A stretch of DNA of 64,000 nucleotides, from positions 1,054,001 through 1,118,000 of the forward strand of contig OZ024757.1 in the NCBI GenBank assembly GCA_964016885.1, read 5' to 3'. Under the pieces are notes generated by a model. It was not told the origin of the DNA, did no database searches, and saw only the letters and a program-made list of their open reading frames with translations. Source of the DNA: Eledone cirrhosa (Eukaryota). Shown here piece after piece: positions 37,631-52,700 of the stretch. The position numbers and the translations under genes were made by a program. Position 1 is the first letter of the stretch; every line of letters starts with the position of its first letter.

Positions 37631-37791
37631 AAGCAATGGCAATTGTTAGTAATTATCCCAATTTTCAAAAGGGGAAACAAGAGAGATAGCTCTAATTATA
37701 GAGGAATCTCCTTATCTTTGGCAAGACTTCAGGAAATTGTGGAAATATTGTTAAGTGACATGTTTGTTTTGTGGACTTTGAAAAAGCATGT
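37590..37791 (+). mobile_element. RTE-like LINE reverse-transcriptase fragment with internal deletions
   Basis: HVCQLVGNSGRAPKQWQLLVIIPIFKRGNKRDSSNYRGISL, then CFVDFEKA at about 37765-37788. Confidence 0.88.
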
Positions 37792-40700
37792 ACTCTCAGT
37801 CACACCATAGACTGGTGTCCTGTCTAGTGGGAGTCTTGTACTCTCAGTCACAGCATAGACTGGTGTCCTGTCTAGGAGGAGTCTTGTACTCTCAGTCACA
37901 CAATAGACTGGTGTCCTGTCTAGGAGGAGTCTTGTACTCGCAGTCAAACCATAGACTGGTGTCCTATCTAGGAGGAGTCTTGTACTCTCAGTCACACCAT
38001 CGACTGGTGTCCTGTCTAGGGGGAGACTTGTACTCTCAATCACACCATATACTGGTGTTCTGTCTAGGAGGTGTCTTGTACTCTCAGTCACAACATAGAC
38101 TGGTGTCCTGTCTAGGAGGAGTCTTGTACTCTCAGTCGCACCATAGACTAGTGTCCTGTCTAGGAGGAGTCTTGTATTCTCAGTCACACCATTGACTAGT
38201 GTCCTGTCTAGGGTGAGTGTTGTACTCTCAGTCACACCACACCATAAACTGGTGTCCTGTGCAGGGGGAGTCCTGTACTCCCAGCCACACCATAGACTGG
38301 TGTCCTGTCCAGGGGGAGTCCTGTACTCTCAGTCACAGCATGGACAGGTGTCCTGTCTAGGGGGATGATTGTATTCTCAGTCCACCACACCATAGACTGG
38401 TGTCCTGTCCAGGGGGAGTCTTGTAGACTCAGTCACACCATAGATTGGTGTCCTGTCTAGGGAGGAGTCTTGTACTCTCAGTCACACCATAGACTGGTGT
38501 CCTGTCTAGGGGGAGTCTTCTGCTCTCAGTCACACAATACACTGGTGTCCTGTCAAGGGGGAGTCTTGTAGTCTCAGTCACACCATAGACTGGTGTCCTG
38601 TCTAGGGGGAGTCTTGTACTCTCAGTCACACTACACCATAAACTGGTCTCCTGTGCAGCGGGAGTCCTGTACTCTCAGCCACACCAAAGACTGGTGTCCT
38701 GTCCAGGGGGAGTCCTGTACTCTCAGTCACAGCATGGACAGGTGTCCTGTCTAGGGGGATTCTTGTATTCTCAGTCCACCACACCATAGACTGGTGTCCT
38801 GTCCAGGGGGAGACTTGTACTCTCAGTCACACCATAGACTAGAGTCCTGTCCAGGGGAAGTTTTGTACTCTCAGTCACACCATAGACTGGTGTCCTGTCC
38901 AGGGGAAGTCTTGTACTCTCAGTCACACTACACCATAGACTGGTATCCTGTCTCGGGGCAGTCCTGTACTCTCAGTCACACCATAGACTGGTGTCCTGTC
39001 TAGGGGAAGTCTTCTGCTCTCAGTCACACCATACACTGGTGTCCTGTCTAGGGGGAGTCTTGTAGTCTCAGTCACACCATAGACTGGTGTCCTGTCTAGG
39101 GGGAGTCTTGTACTCTCAGTCACACCATTGACTAGTGTCCTGTCTAGGGTGAGTGTTGTACTCTCAGTCACACCACACCATAAACTGGTGTCCTGTGCAG
39201 GGGGAGTCCTGTACTCCCAGCCACACCATAGACTGGTGTCCTGTCCAGGGGGAGTCCTGTACTCTCAGTCACAGCATGGACAGGTGTCCTGTCTAGGGGG
39301 ATGATTGTATTCTCAGTCCACCACACCATAGACTGGTGTCCTGTCCAGGGGGAGACTTGTACTCTCAGTCACACCATAGACTAGAGTCCTGTCCAGGGGA
39401 AGTCTTGTTCTCTCAGTCACACCATAGACTGGTGTCCTGTCGAGGGGAAGTCTTGTATTCTCAGTCATACTACACCATAGACTGGTGTCCTGTCTCGGGG
39501 CAGTCCTGTACTCTCAGTCACACCATAGACTGGTGTCTTGTCGAGGGGGAGTCTTGTACTCTCAATCACACCACAACATAGACTGGTGTCCTGTCCAGGG
39601 GAAGTCTTGTACTCTCAGTCACACCACACCATAGACTGGTGTCCTGTCTAGGGGGAGTTTTGTACTCTCAGCCACACCACATCATAGACTGGTGTCCTGT
39701 CCAGGGGAAGTCTTGTACTCTCAGTCACACCACACCATAGACTGGTGTCCTGTCTAGGGGACTCTTGTACTCTCAGTCACACCACACCATAGACTGGTGT
39801 CCTGTCTAGGGGGACTCTTGTACTCTGTCACACCACACCGTTGACTGGTGTTCTGTTTAGGAGGAGTCTTGTACTCTCAGTCACACCATAGACTGGTGTC
39901 CTGTCTATGGTAGTCTTGTACTCTCAGTCACACCAAACCATGGACTAGTGTCCTGTCTAGCGGGAGTCTTGTACTCTCAGTCACACCATAGACTGGTGTC
40001 CTGTCTAGGGGGAGTCTTGTATCCTCAGAAACACCATAGACTGGTGTCCAGGGGGAGTCTTGTACTCTAAGTCACAATACACCATAGACTGGTGTTCTGT
40101 CCAGTGGGAGTCTTGTACTCTTAGTCACACCATAGACTGGTGTCTTGTCCAGAGGGCGTCTTGTACTCTCAGTCACACAATAGATTGGTGCCCTGTATAG
40201 GGGGAGTCTTGTACTCTAGGTCACACCATCGACTGGTGTCCTGTCTAGGGGCAGTCCTGTACTCTCAGTCACAACATAGACTGGTGTCCTGTCTAGGGGG
40301 AGTCTTGTACTCTCAGTCACAACATAGACTGGTGTCCTGTCTAGGGGGAGACTTGTACTCTCAGTCACACCATAGACTGGTGTCCTGTACAGGGGAAGAC
40401 TTGTACTCTCAGTCACAACATAGACTGGTGTCCTGTCTAGGGGGAGTCTTGTACTCTCAGTCACACGACACCATAGGCTGGTGTCCTGTCTAGGGGAACT
40501 CGTGTACTCTCAGTCACACCATAGACTGGTGTCCTGTCTAGGAGGAGTCTTGTACTCTCAATCACACCATAGACTGGTGTCCTGTCTAGGGGGAGTCTGG
40601 TACTCTCAGACACATCATAGACTGGTGTCCTGTCTAGGAGGTGTCTTGTATTCTCAGTCACACCATAGACTGGTGTCCTGTCTAGGAGGAGTCTTGTATT

Positions 40701-43700
40701 CTCAGTCACACCATCGACTGGTGCCCTGTCTAGGGGGAGTCTTGTACTCTCAGTCACACCATAGATTGGTGTCCTGTCTAGGGGGAGTCTTGTACTCTCA
40801 GTCACACCATAGACTGGTGTCCTGTCTAGGGAGGAGTCTTGTACTCTCAGTCACACCATAGACTGGTGTCCTGTCTAGGGGGAGTCTTCTGCTCTCAGTC
40901 ACACCATACACTGGTGTCCTGTCTAGGGGGAGTCTTGTAGTCTCAGTCACACCATAGACTGGTGTCCTGTCTAGGGGGAGTCTTGTACTCTCAGTCACAC
41001 TACACCATAAACTGGTCTCCTGTGCAGCGGGAGTCCTGTACTCTCAGCCACACCATAGACTGGTGTCCTGTCCAGGGGGAGTCCTGTACTCTCAGTCACA
41101 GCATGGACAGGTGTCCTGTCTAGGGGGATTCTTGTATTCTCAGTCCACCACACCATAGACTGGTGCCCTGTCTAGGGGGAGTCTTGTACTCTCAGTCAAA
41201 CCATAGATTGGTGTCCTGTCTAGGGGGAGTCTTGTACTCTCAGTCACACCATAGACTAGAGTCCTGTCCAGGGGAAGTTTTGTACTCTCAGTCACACCAT
41301 AGACTGGTGTCCTGTCCAGGGGAAGTCTTGTACTCTCAGTCACACTACACCATAGACTGGTGTCCTGTCTCGGGGCAGTCCTGTACTCTCAGTCACACCA
41401 TAGACTGGTGTCTTGTCGAGGGGGAGTCTTGTACTCTCAATTACACCACATTATAGACTGGTGTCCTGTCTAGGGGCAGTCCTGTACTCTCAGTCACACC
41501 ATAGACTGGTGTCCTGTCTAGGGGCAGTCCTGTACTCTCAGTCACACCATATACTGGTGTCCTGTCTAGGGGCAGTCCTGTACTCTTAGTCACACCATAG
41601 ACTGGTGTCCTGTCGAGGGGAGTCTTATACTCTCAATTACACCACATTATAGACTGGTGTCCTGTCTAGGGGCAGTCCTGTACTCTCAGTCACACCACAC
41701 CATAGACTAGTGTCCTGTCTAGGGGCAGTCCTGTACTCTCAGTCACACCATAGACTGGTGTCCTGTTGAGGGGAAGTCTTGTACTCTCAGTCACACCACA
41801 CCATAGACTGGTGTCCTGTCCAGGGGAAGTCTTGTACTCTCAGTCACACCACACCATAGACTGGTGTCCTGTCTAGTGGACTCTTGTACTCTCAGTCACA
41901 CCACTCCATAGACTGGTGTCCTGTCTAGGGGGACTCTTGTACTCTGTCACACCACACCGTTGACTAGTGTCCTGTTTAGGGGGAGTCTTGTACTCTCAGT
42001 CACACCATAGACTGGTGTCCTGTCTATGGGAGTCTTGTACTCTCAGTCACACCAAACAATGGACTAGTGTCCTGTCTAGCGTGAGTCTTGTACTCTCAGT
42101 CACAACATAGACTGGTGTCCTGTCTAGGAGGAGTCTTGTACCCTCAGTCACACCATAGACTGGAGTCCAGGGGGCGTCTTGTACTCTAAGTCCCAATACA
42201 CCATAGACTGGTGTTCTGTCCAGGGGGAGTCTTATTCTCTCAGTCACACCATAGACTGGTGTCTTGTCCAGGGGAAGTCTTGTACTCTCAGTCACACCAT
42301 AGACTGGAGTCCAGGGGGCGTCTTGTACTCTAAGTCACAATACACCATAGACTGGTGTTCTGTCCAGAAGGAGTCTTATACTCTCAGTCACACCATAGAC
42401 TGGTGTCTTGTCCAGGGGAATCCTGTACTCTCAGTCACACCATAGACTGGTGTCCTGTCCACGGGAAGTTTGTACTCTCAGTCACACCATAGACTGGTGT
42501 CCTGTCTAGGGGGATTCTTCTACTCTCAGTCACAACATAGACTGGTCTCCTGTCTAGGGGAGTCTTGTACTCTCAGTCACACCACACCATAAACTGGTGT
42601 TCTGTCCAGGGTGAGTCTTGTACTCTCAGGTACACCACACCATAGACTGCTGTCCGTTCAATGGGGAGTCTTCTACTCTCAGTCACACCATAGACTGGTG
42701 TCCTGTCTATGGGAGTCTTGTACTCGCAGTCACACCAAACAATGGTGTTCTGTCTAGGGGTACTCTTGTACTCTCAGTGACACGACACCAGAGACTGGTG
42801 TCCTGTCTAGGGGGAGCCTTGTACTCTCGGTCACACAATAGACGGGTGTCCTACTAGGGGAAGTCGTATACTCTCAGTCACACCATGCATTAGTGTCCTG
42901 TCTAGGGGGAGTCTTGTACTCTCAGTCCCGCCACACCGTAAAATAGTGTCATGTTTAGAGGGAGTCTTGTACTCTTAGTCACACCATAGACTAGTGTCCT
43001 GTCCAGAGGGCGTCTCGTACTCTCAGTCACACCATAGACTGGTGCCCTGTATAGAGGGAGTCTTGAACTCTAGGTCACACCATCGACTGGTGTCCTGTCT
43101 AGGGGGAGTCTTGTACTCTCAGTCACAACATAGACTGGTGTCCTGTCTAGGGGGAGTCTTGTACTCTCAGTCACACGACACCATAGACTGGTGTCCTGTC
43201 TAGGGGGAATCGTGTACTCTCAGTCACACCACACCATAGACTGGTGTCCTGTCTAGGGGGAGTGTTGTACTCTCAGTCACACCATAGACTGGTGTCCTGT
43301 CTAGGTAGAGTCTCGTATTCTCAGTCACACAATAGACTGGTGTCCTGTCTAGGGGGGAGTATTGTACACTCAGTCACACCACACCATAGACTGGTGTCCT
43401 GTCTAGGGGGAGTCTCGTATTCTCAGTCACACCATAGACTGGTGTCCTGTCTAGGGGGAGTCTCGTATTCTCAGTCACACAATAGACTGGTGTCCTGTCT
43501 AGGGGGAAGTATTGTACTCTCAGTCACACCACACCATAGACTTGTGTCCTGTCTATGTGGGAGTCTTGTACTCTGTTTCACCATAGACTGGTGTCCTGTC
43601 CAGGGGGAGTCTTGTACCCTCAGTCACGCCATAGACTAGTGTGCCGTCTAGGGGGAATCTTGTGCTCTCAGTCACACCATAGAATGGTGTCATGTTGAAG

Positions 43701-46700
43701 CGGAGTCTTGTACTCACAGCCACACCACACCGTATACTGGTGTACTGTTCAGGGGATGTCTTGTACTCTCAATCACACCATAGACTTATGTCCTGTCTAG
43801 GGGGAGTCTTGTCCTCTCAATCACACCATACACTGGTGTCCTCTCTAGGGGGGGGTCTTGTACTCTCAGTCATACAATAGACTGGTGTGCTCTCTAGGGG
43901 GAGTCTTGTACTCTCAGTCACACCATAGATTGGTGTCCTGTCTAGGTGCGAGTCTTGTATTCTGTCACACTATAGACTGGTGTCCTGTCAAAGGGGAGTC
44001 TTGTAATCTCAGTCACACCATAGACTGGTGTCCTGTTTAGGAGGAGTCTTGTACTCTCAGTCACACGACACCATAGACTGGTGTCCTGTCTAGGAGGAGT
44101 CTTGTATTCTCAGTCACACCATAGACTGGTGTCCTGTCTAGGAGGAGCCTTGTACTCTCAGTCACACCATAGACTGGTGTCCTGTCTAGGAGGAGTCTTG
44201 TACTCTCAGTCACATCATAGACTGGTGTCCTGTCTAGGGAGAGTCTTGTAGACTCAGTCACACCATAGACTGCTGTCCTGTCTAGGGAGGAGTCTTGTAC
44301 TCTCAGTCACACCATAGACTGGTGTCCTGTCTACGGGGAGTCTTCTGCTCTCAGTCACACCATAGACTGGTGTCCTGTCTAGGGGGAGTCTTGTAGTCTC
44401 AGTCACACCATTGACTGGTGTCCTGTCTAGGGGGAGTCTTGTACTCTCAGTCACAACATTGACTAGTGTCCTGTCTAGGGTGAGTGTTGTACTCTCAGTC
44501 ACACCACACCATAAACTGGTCTCCTGTGCAGGGGGAGTCCTGTACTCTCAGCCACACCATAGACTGGTGTCCTGTCCAGGGGGAGTCCTGTACTCTCAGT
44601 CACAGCATGGACAGGTGTCCTGTCTAGGGGGATTCTTGTATTCTCAGTCCACCACACCATAGACTGGTGTCCTGTCCAGGGGTAGACTTGTATTCTCAGT
44701 CACACCATAGACTAGAGTCCTGTCCAGGGGAAGTTTTGTACTCTCAGTCACAACATAGACTGGCGTCCTGTCCAGGGGAAGTCTTGTACTCTCAGTCACA
44801 CTACACCATAGATTGGTGCCCTGTCTAGGGGCAGTCCTGTACTCTCAGTCACACCATAGACTGGTGTCCTGTCTAGGGGCAGTCCTGTACTCTTAGTCAC
44901 ACCATAGACTGGTGTCCTGTTGTGGGGGAGTCTTGTACTCTCAATCACACCACATCATAGACTGGTGTCCTGTCCAGGGGAATTCTTGTACTCTCAGTCA
45001 CACTACACCATAGACTGGTGTCCTGTCTAGGGGCAGTCGTGTACTCTCAGTCACACCATAGACTGGTGTCCTGTTGAGGGGAAGTCTTGTACTCTCAGTC
45101 ACACCACACCATAGACCGGTGTCCTGTCCAGGGGAAGTCTTGTACTCTCAGTCACACCACACCATAGACTGGTGTCCTGTCTAGGGGACACTTGTACTCT
45201 AGGTCACACCACACCATAGACTGGTGTCCTGTCTAGGGGGACTCTTGTACTCTGTCACACCACACCGTTGACTAGTGTCCTGTTTAGGGGGAGTCTTGTA
45301 CTCTCAGTCACACCATAGACTGGTGTCCTGTCTATGGGAGTCTTGTACTCGCAGTCACACCAAACAATGGACTAGTGTCCTGTCTAGCGTGAGTCTTGTA
45401 CTCTCAGTCACAACATAGACTGGTGTCCTGTCCGAGGGAAGTTTGGACTCTCAGTCACACCATAGACTGGAGTCCAGGGGGCGTCTTGTACTCTAAGTCA
45501 CAATACACCATAGACTGGTGTTCTGTCCAGGGGGAGTCTTATACTCTCAGTCACACCATAGACTGGTGTCTTGTCCAGGGGAAGTCTTGTACTCTCAGTC
45601 ACACCATAGACTGGTGTCTTGTCCAGGGGAAGTCTTGTACTCTCAGTCACACCATAGACTGGTGTCCCGTCCACGGGAAGTTTGTACTCTCAGTCACACC
45701 ATAGACTGGTATCCTGTCTAGGGGGATTCTTGTACTCTCAGTCACAACATAGACTGGTGTCCTGTCTAGGGGGAGTCTTGTACTCTCAGTCACACCACAC
45801 CATAGACTGGTGTTCTGTCCAGGGAGAGTCTTTTACTCTCAGGTACACCACACCATAGACTGCTGTCCGTTCAATGGGGAGTCTTCTACTCTCAGTCACA
45901 CCATAGAATGGTGTCCTCTCCAGGGGAAGTATTGTACTCTCAGTCAAACCATAGACTGGTGTCCTGTCTAGGGGGACTCTTGTACTCTCAGTCACACGAC
46001 ACCAGAGACTGGTGTCCTGTCTAGGGGGAGCCTTGTACTCTCGGTCACACAATAGACGGGTGTCCTACTAGGGGAAGTCGTATACTCTCAGTCACACCAT
46101 GCATTAGTGTCCTGTCTAGGGAGAGTCTTGTACTCTCAGTCCCGCCACACCGTAAACTAGTGTCACGTTTAGAGGGAGTCTTGTACACTTAGTCACACCA
46201 TAGACTGGTGCCCTGTATAGAGGGAGTCTTGAACTCTAGGTCACACCATCGACTGGTGTCCTGTCTAGGGGGAGTCTTGTACTCTCAGTCACAACATAGA
46301 TTGGTATCCCGTCTAGGGGGAGTCTTGTACTCTCAGTCACACTATAGACTTATGTCCTGTCTAGGGGGACTCTAGTACTCTGTCACACCATAGACTGGTG
46401 TCCTGTCTAGGGGGAGTCTTGTACTCTCAGTCACACGACACCATAGACTGGTGTCCTGTCTAGGGGGACTCGTGTACTCTCAGTCACACCATAGACTGGT
46501 GTCCTGTCTAGGCGGAGTCTTGTACTCTCAGTCACACCATATATTGGTGTCCTGTCTAGGAGGAGTCTTGTATTCTCAGTCACACCATAGACTGGTGTCC
46601 TGTCTAGGAGGAGCGTTGTACTCACAGTCACACCATAGACTGGTGTCCTGTCTAGGAGGAGTCTTGTACTCGCAGTCACACCATAGACTGGTTTCCTTTC

Positions 46701-49700
46701 TAGGAGGAGTCTTGTACTCTCAGTCACACCATCAACTGGTGTCCTGTCTAGGGGGAGACTTGTACTCTCAATCACACCATATACTGGTGTTCTGTCTAGG
46801 AGGTGTCTTGTACTCTCAGTCACACCATAGACTGGTGTCCTGTCTAGGGGGAGTCTTGTACTCTGACACATCATAGACTGGTGTCCTGTCTAGGAGGAGT
46901 CTTGTATTCTCAGTCACACCATAGACTGGTGTCCTGTCTAGGAGAGGTCTTGTATTCTCAGTGACACCATAGACTGGTGTCATGTTTATGGGGGAGTCTT
47001 GTACTCTCAGTCACATCATAGACTGGTGTGCTGTCTAGGGGGAGTCTTGTAGACTCAGTCACACCATAGATTGTTGTCCTCTCTAGGGGGAGTCTTGTAC
47101 TCTCAGTCACATCATAGACTGGTGTCCTGTCTAGGGAGGAGTCTTGTACACTCAGTCACACCATAGACTGGTGTCCTGTCTAGGGTGAGTCTTCTGCTCT
47201 CAGTCACACCATAGACTGGTGTCCTGTCTAGGGGGAGTCTTGTACTCTAAGTCACAACATTGACTAGTGTCCTGTTTAGGGTGAGTGTTGTACTCTCAGT
47301 CACACCACACCATAAACTGGTCTCCTGTGCAGGGGGAGTCCTGTACTCTCAGCCACACCATAGACTGGTGTCCTGTCCAGGGGGAGTCCTGTACTCTCAG
47401 TCACAGCATGGACAGGTGTCCTGTCTAGGGGGATTCTTGTATTCTCAGTCCACCACACCATAGACTGGTGTCCTGTCCAGGGGTAGACTTGTATTCTCAG
47501 TCACACCATAGACTAGAGTCCTGTCCAGGGGAAGTTTTGTACTCTCAGTCACAACATAGACTGGCGTCCTGTCCAGGGGAAGTCTTGTACTCTCAGTCAC
47601 ACTACACCATAGATTGGTGCCCTGTCTAGGGGCAGTCCTGTACTCTCAGTCACACCATAGACTGGTGTCCTGTCTAGGGGCAGTCCTGTACTCTTAGTCA
47701 CACCATAGACTGGTGTCCTGTTGTGGGGGAGTCTTGTACTCTCAATCACACCACATCATAGACTGGTGTCCTGTCCAGGGGAATTCTTGTACTCTCAGTC
47801 ACACTACACCATAGACTGGTGTCCTGTCTAGGGGCAGTCGTGTACTCTCAGTCACACCATAGACTGGTGTCCTGTTGAGGGGAAGTCTTGTACTCTCAGT
47901 CACACCACACCATAGACCGGTGTCCTGTCCAGGGGAAGTCTTGTACTCTCAGTCACACCACACCATAGACTGGTGTCCTGTCTAGGGGACACTTGTACTC
48001 TAGGTCACACCACACCATAGACTGGTGTCCTGTCTAGGGGGACTCTTGTACTCTGTCACACCACACCGTTGACTAGTGTCCTGTTTAGGGGGAGTCTTGT
48101 ACTCTCAGTCACACCATAGACTGGTGTCCTGTCTATGGGAGTCTTGTACTCGCAGTCACACCAAACAATGGACTAGTGTCCTGTCTAGCGTGAGTCTTGT
48201 ACTCTCAGTCACAACATAGACTGGTGTCCTGTCCGAGGGAAGTTTGGACTCTCAGTCACACCATAGACTGGAGTCCAGGGGGCGTCTTGTACTCTAAGTC
48301 ACAATACACCATAGACTGGTGTTCTGTCCAGGGGGAGTCTTATACTCTCAGTCACACCATAGACTGGTGTCTTGTCCAGGGGAAGTCTTGTACTCTCAGT
48401 CACACCATAGACTGGTGTCTTGTCCAGGGGAAGTCTTGTACTCTCAGTCACACCATAGACTGGTGTCCCGTCCACGGGAAGTTTGTACTCTCAGTCACAC
48501 CATAGACTGGTATCCTGTCTAGGGGGATTCTTGTACTCTCAGTCACAACATAGACTGGTGTCCTGTCTAGGGGGAGTCTTGTACTCTCAGTCACACCACA
48601 CCATAGACTGGTGTTCTGTCCAGGGAGAGTCTTTTACTCTCAGGTACACCACACCATAGACTGCTGTCCGTTCAATGGGGAGTCTTCTACTCTCAGTCAC
48701 ACCATAGAATGGTGTCCTCTCCAGGGGAAGTATTGTACTCTCAGTCAAACCATAGACTGGTGTCCTGTCTAGGGGGACTCTTGTACTCTCAGTCACACGA
48801 CACCAGAGACTGGTGTCCTGTCTAGGGGGAGCCTTGTACTCTCGGTCACACAATAGACGGGTGTCCTACTAGGGGAAGTCGTATACTCTCAGTCACACCA
48901 TGCATTAGTGTCCTGTCTAGGGAGAGTCTTGTACTCTCAGTCCCGCCACACCGTAAACTAGTGTCACGTTTAGAGGGAGTCTTGTACACTTAGTCACACC
49001 ATAGACTGGTGCCCTGTATAGAGGGAGTCTTGAACTCTAGGTCACACCATCGACTGGTGTCCTGTCTAGGGGGAGTCTTGTACTCTCAGTCACAACATAG
49101 ATTGGTATCCCGTCTAGGGGGAGTCTTGTACTCTCAGTCACACTATAGACTTATGTCCTGTCTAGGGGGACTCTAGTACTCTGTCACACCATAGACTGGT
49201 GTCCTGTCTAGGGGGAGTCTTGTACTCTCAGTCACACGACACCATAGACTGGTGTCCTGTCTAGGGGGACTCGTGTACTCTCAGTCACACCATAGACTGG
49301 TGTCCTGTCTAGGCGGAGTCTTGTACTCTCAGTCACACCATATATTGGTGTCCTGTCTAGGAGGAGTCTTGTATTCTCAGTCACACCATAGACTGGTGTC
49401 CTGTCTAGGAGGAGCGTTGTACTCACAGTCACACCATAGACTGGTGTCCTGTCTAGGAGGAGTCTTGTACTCGCAGTCACACCATAGACTGGTTTCCTTT
49501 CTAGGAGGAGTCTTGTACTCTCAGTCACACCATCAACTGGTGTCCTGTCTAGGGGGAGACTTGTACTCTCAATCACACCATATACTGGTGTTCTGTCTAG
49601 GAGGTGTCTTGTACTCTCAGTCACACCATAGACTGGTGTCCTGTCTAGGGGGAGTCTTGTACTCTGACACATCATAGACTGGTGTCCTGTCTAGGAGGAG

Positions 49701-52700
49701 TCTTGTATTCTCAGTCACACCATAGACTGGTGTCCTGTCTAGGAGAGGTCTTGTATTCTCAGTGACACCATAGACTGGTGTCATGTTTATGGGGGAGTCT
49801 TGTACTCTCAGTCACATCATAGACTGGTGTGCTGTCTAGGGGGAGTCTTGTAGACTCAGTCACACCATAGATTGTTGTCCTCTCTAGGGGGAGTCTTGTA
49901 CTCTCAGTCACATCATAGACTGGTGTCCTGTCTAGGGAGGAGTCTTGTACACTCAGTCACACCATAGACTGGTGTCCTGTCTAGGGTGAGTCTTCTGCTC
50001 TCAGTCACACCATAGACTGGTGTCCTGTCTAGGGGGAGTCTTGTACTCTAAGTCACAACATTGACTAGTGTCCTGTTTAGGGTGAGTGTTGTACTCTCAG
50101 TCACACCACACCATAAACTGGTCTCCTGTGCAGGAGGAGTCCTGTACTCTGAGCCACACCATAGACTGGTGTCCTGTCCAGGGGAAGTTTTGTACTCTCA
50201 GTCACACCATAGACTGGCGTCCTGTCCAGGGGAAGTCTTGTACTCTCAGTCACACTATACCATAGACTGGTGCCCTGTCTAGGGGCAGTCCTGTACTCTC
50301 AGTCACACCATAGACTGGTGTCCTGTCTAGGGGCAGTCCTGTACTCTTAGTCACACCATAGACTGGTGTCCTGTCGAGGGGGAGTCTTGTACTCTCAATC
50401 ACACCACATCATAGACTGGTGTCCTGTCCAGGGGAAGTCTTGTACTCTCAGTCACACTACACCATAGACTGGTGTCCTGTCTAGGAGGAGTCTTGTACTC
50501 TCAGTCACACCAACGACTGGTGTTCTGTCTAGGGGGAGACTTGTACTCTCAATCACACCATATACTGGTGTTCCGTCTAGAAGGTGTCTTGTACTCTCAG
50601 TCACACCATAGACTGGTGTCCTGTCTAGGAGGAGTCTTGTACTCTCAGTCACACCATAGACTAGTGTCCTGTCTAGGGGGAGTCTTGTACTCTCAGATAC
50701 ATCTTAGACTGGTGTCCTGTCTAGGAGGAGTCTTGTATTCTCAGTCACACCATAGACTGGTGTCCTCTCTAGGAGGAGTCTTGTATTCTCAGTCACATCA
50801 TAGACTGGTGTCCTGTCTAGGGGGAGTCTTGTACTCTCAGTCACATCTTAGACTGGTGTCCTGTCTAGGGGGAGTCTTGTAGACTCAGTCACACCACAGA
50901 CTGGTGTCCTGTCTAGGGGGAGTCTTCTGCTCTCAGTCACACCATACACTGGTGTCCTGTCTAGAGGGAGTCTTGTAGTCTCAGTCACACCATAGACTGG
51001 TGTCCTGTCTAGGGGGAGTCTTGTACTCTCAGTCACAACATTGACTAGTGTCCTGTCTAGGGTGAGTGTTGTACTCTCAGTCACACCACACCATAAACTG
51101 GTCTCCTGTGCAGGGGGAGTCCTGTACTCTCAGCCACACCATAGACTGGTGTCCTGTCCAGGGGGAGTCCTGTACTCTCAGTCACAGCATGGACAGGTGT
51201 CCTGTCTAGGGGGATTCTTGTATTCTCAGTCCACCACACCATAGACTGGTGTCCTGTCCAGGGGGAGACTTGTACTCTCAGTCACAACATAGACTAGAAT
51301 CCTGTCCAGGGGAAGTTTTGTACTCTGTCACACCATAGACTGGTGTCCTGTCCAGGGGAAATCTTGTACTCTCAGTCACACCACACCATAGACTGCTGTC
51401 CTGTCTAGGGGACTCTTGTACTCTCAGTCACACCACACCATAGACTGGTGTCCTGTCTAGGGGGACTCTTGTACTCTGGCACACCACACCGTTGACTAGT
51501 GTCCTGTTTAGGGGGAGTCTTGTACTCTCAGTCACACCATAGACTGGTGTCCTGTCTATGGGAGTCTTGTACTCTCTGTCACACCAAACAATGGACTAGG
51601 GTCCTGTCTAGCGTGAGTCTTGTACTCTCAGTAACAACATAGGCTGGTGTCCTGTCTAGGAGGAGTCTTGTACCCTCAGTCACACCATAGACTGGAGTCC
51701 AGGGGGCGTCTTGTACTCTAAGTCCCAATACACCATAGACTGGTGTTCTGTCCAGGGGGAGTCTTGTTCTCTCAGTCACACCATAGACTGGTGTCTTGTC
51801 CAGGGGAAGTCTTGTACTCTCAGTCACACCATAGACTGGTGTCCTGTCCAGGGGAAGTTTGTACTCTCAGTCACACCATATACTGGAGTCCAGGGGGCGT
51901 CTTGTACTCTAAGTCACAATACACCATAGTCTGGTGTTCTGTCCAGAAGGAGTCTTATACTCTCAGTCACACCATAGACTGGTGTCTTGTCCAGGGGAAT
52001 CCTGTACTCTCAGTCACACCATAGACTGGTGTCCTGTCCACGGGAAGTTTGTACTCTCAGTCACACCATAGACTGGTGTCCTGTCTAGGGGGATTCTTCT
52101 ACTCTCAGTCACAACGTAGACTGGTGTCCTGTCTAGGGGGACTCTTGTACTCTCAGTCACACCACACCATAGACTGGTGTTCTGTCCAGGGTGAGTCTTG
52201 TACTCTCAGGTACACCACACCATAGACTGCTGTCCGTTCAATGGGGAGTCTTCTACTCTCAGTCACACCATAGACTGGTGTTCTGTCTAGGGGGACTCTT
52301 GTACTCTCAGTCACACGACACCAGAGACTGGTGTCCTGTCTAGGGGGAGTCTTGTACTCTCAGTCCCGCCACACCGTAAACTAGTGTCATGTTTAGAGGG
52401 AGTCTTGTACTCTTAGTCACACCATAGACTAGTGTCCTGTCCAGAGGGCGTCTCGTACTCTCAGTCACACCATAGACTGGTGCCCTGTATAGAGGGAGTC
52501 TTGAACTCTAGGTCACACCATCGACTGGTGTCCTGTCTAGGGGGACTCGTGTACTCTCAATCACACCACACCATAGGCTGGTGTCCTGTCTAGGGGGAGT
52601 GTTGTACTCTCAGTCACACCATAGACTGGTGTCCTGTCTAGGGGGAGTCTCGTATTCTCAGTCACACAATAGACTGGTGTCCTGTCTAGCGGGAAGTATT

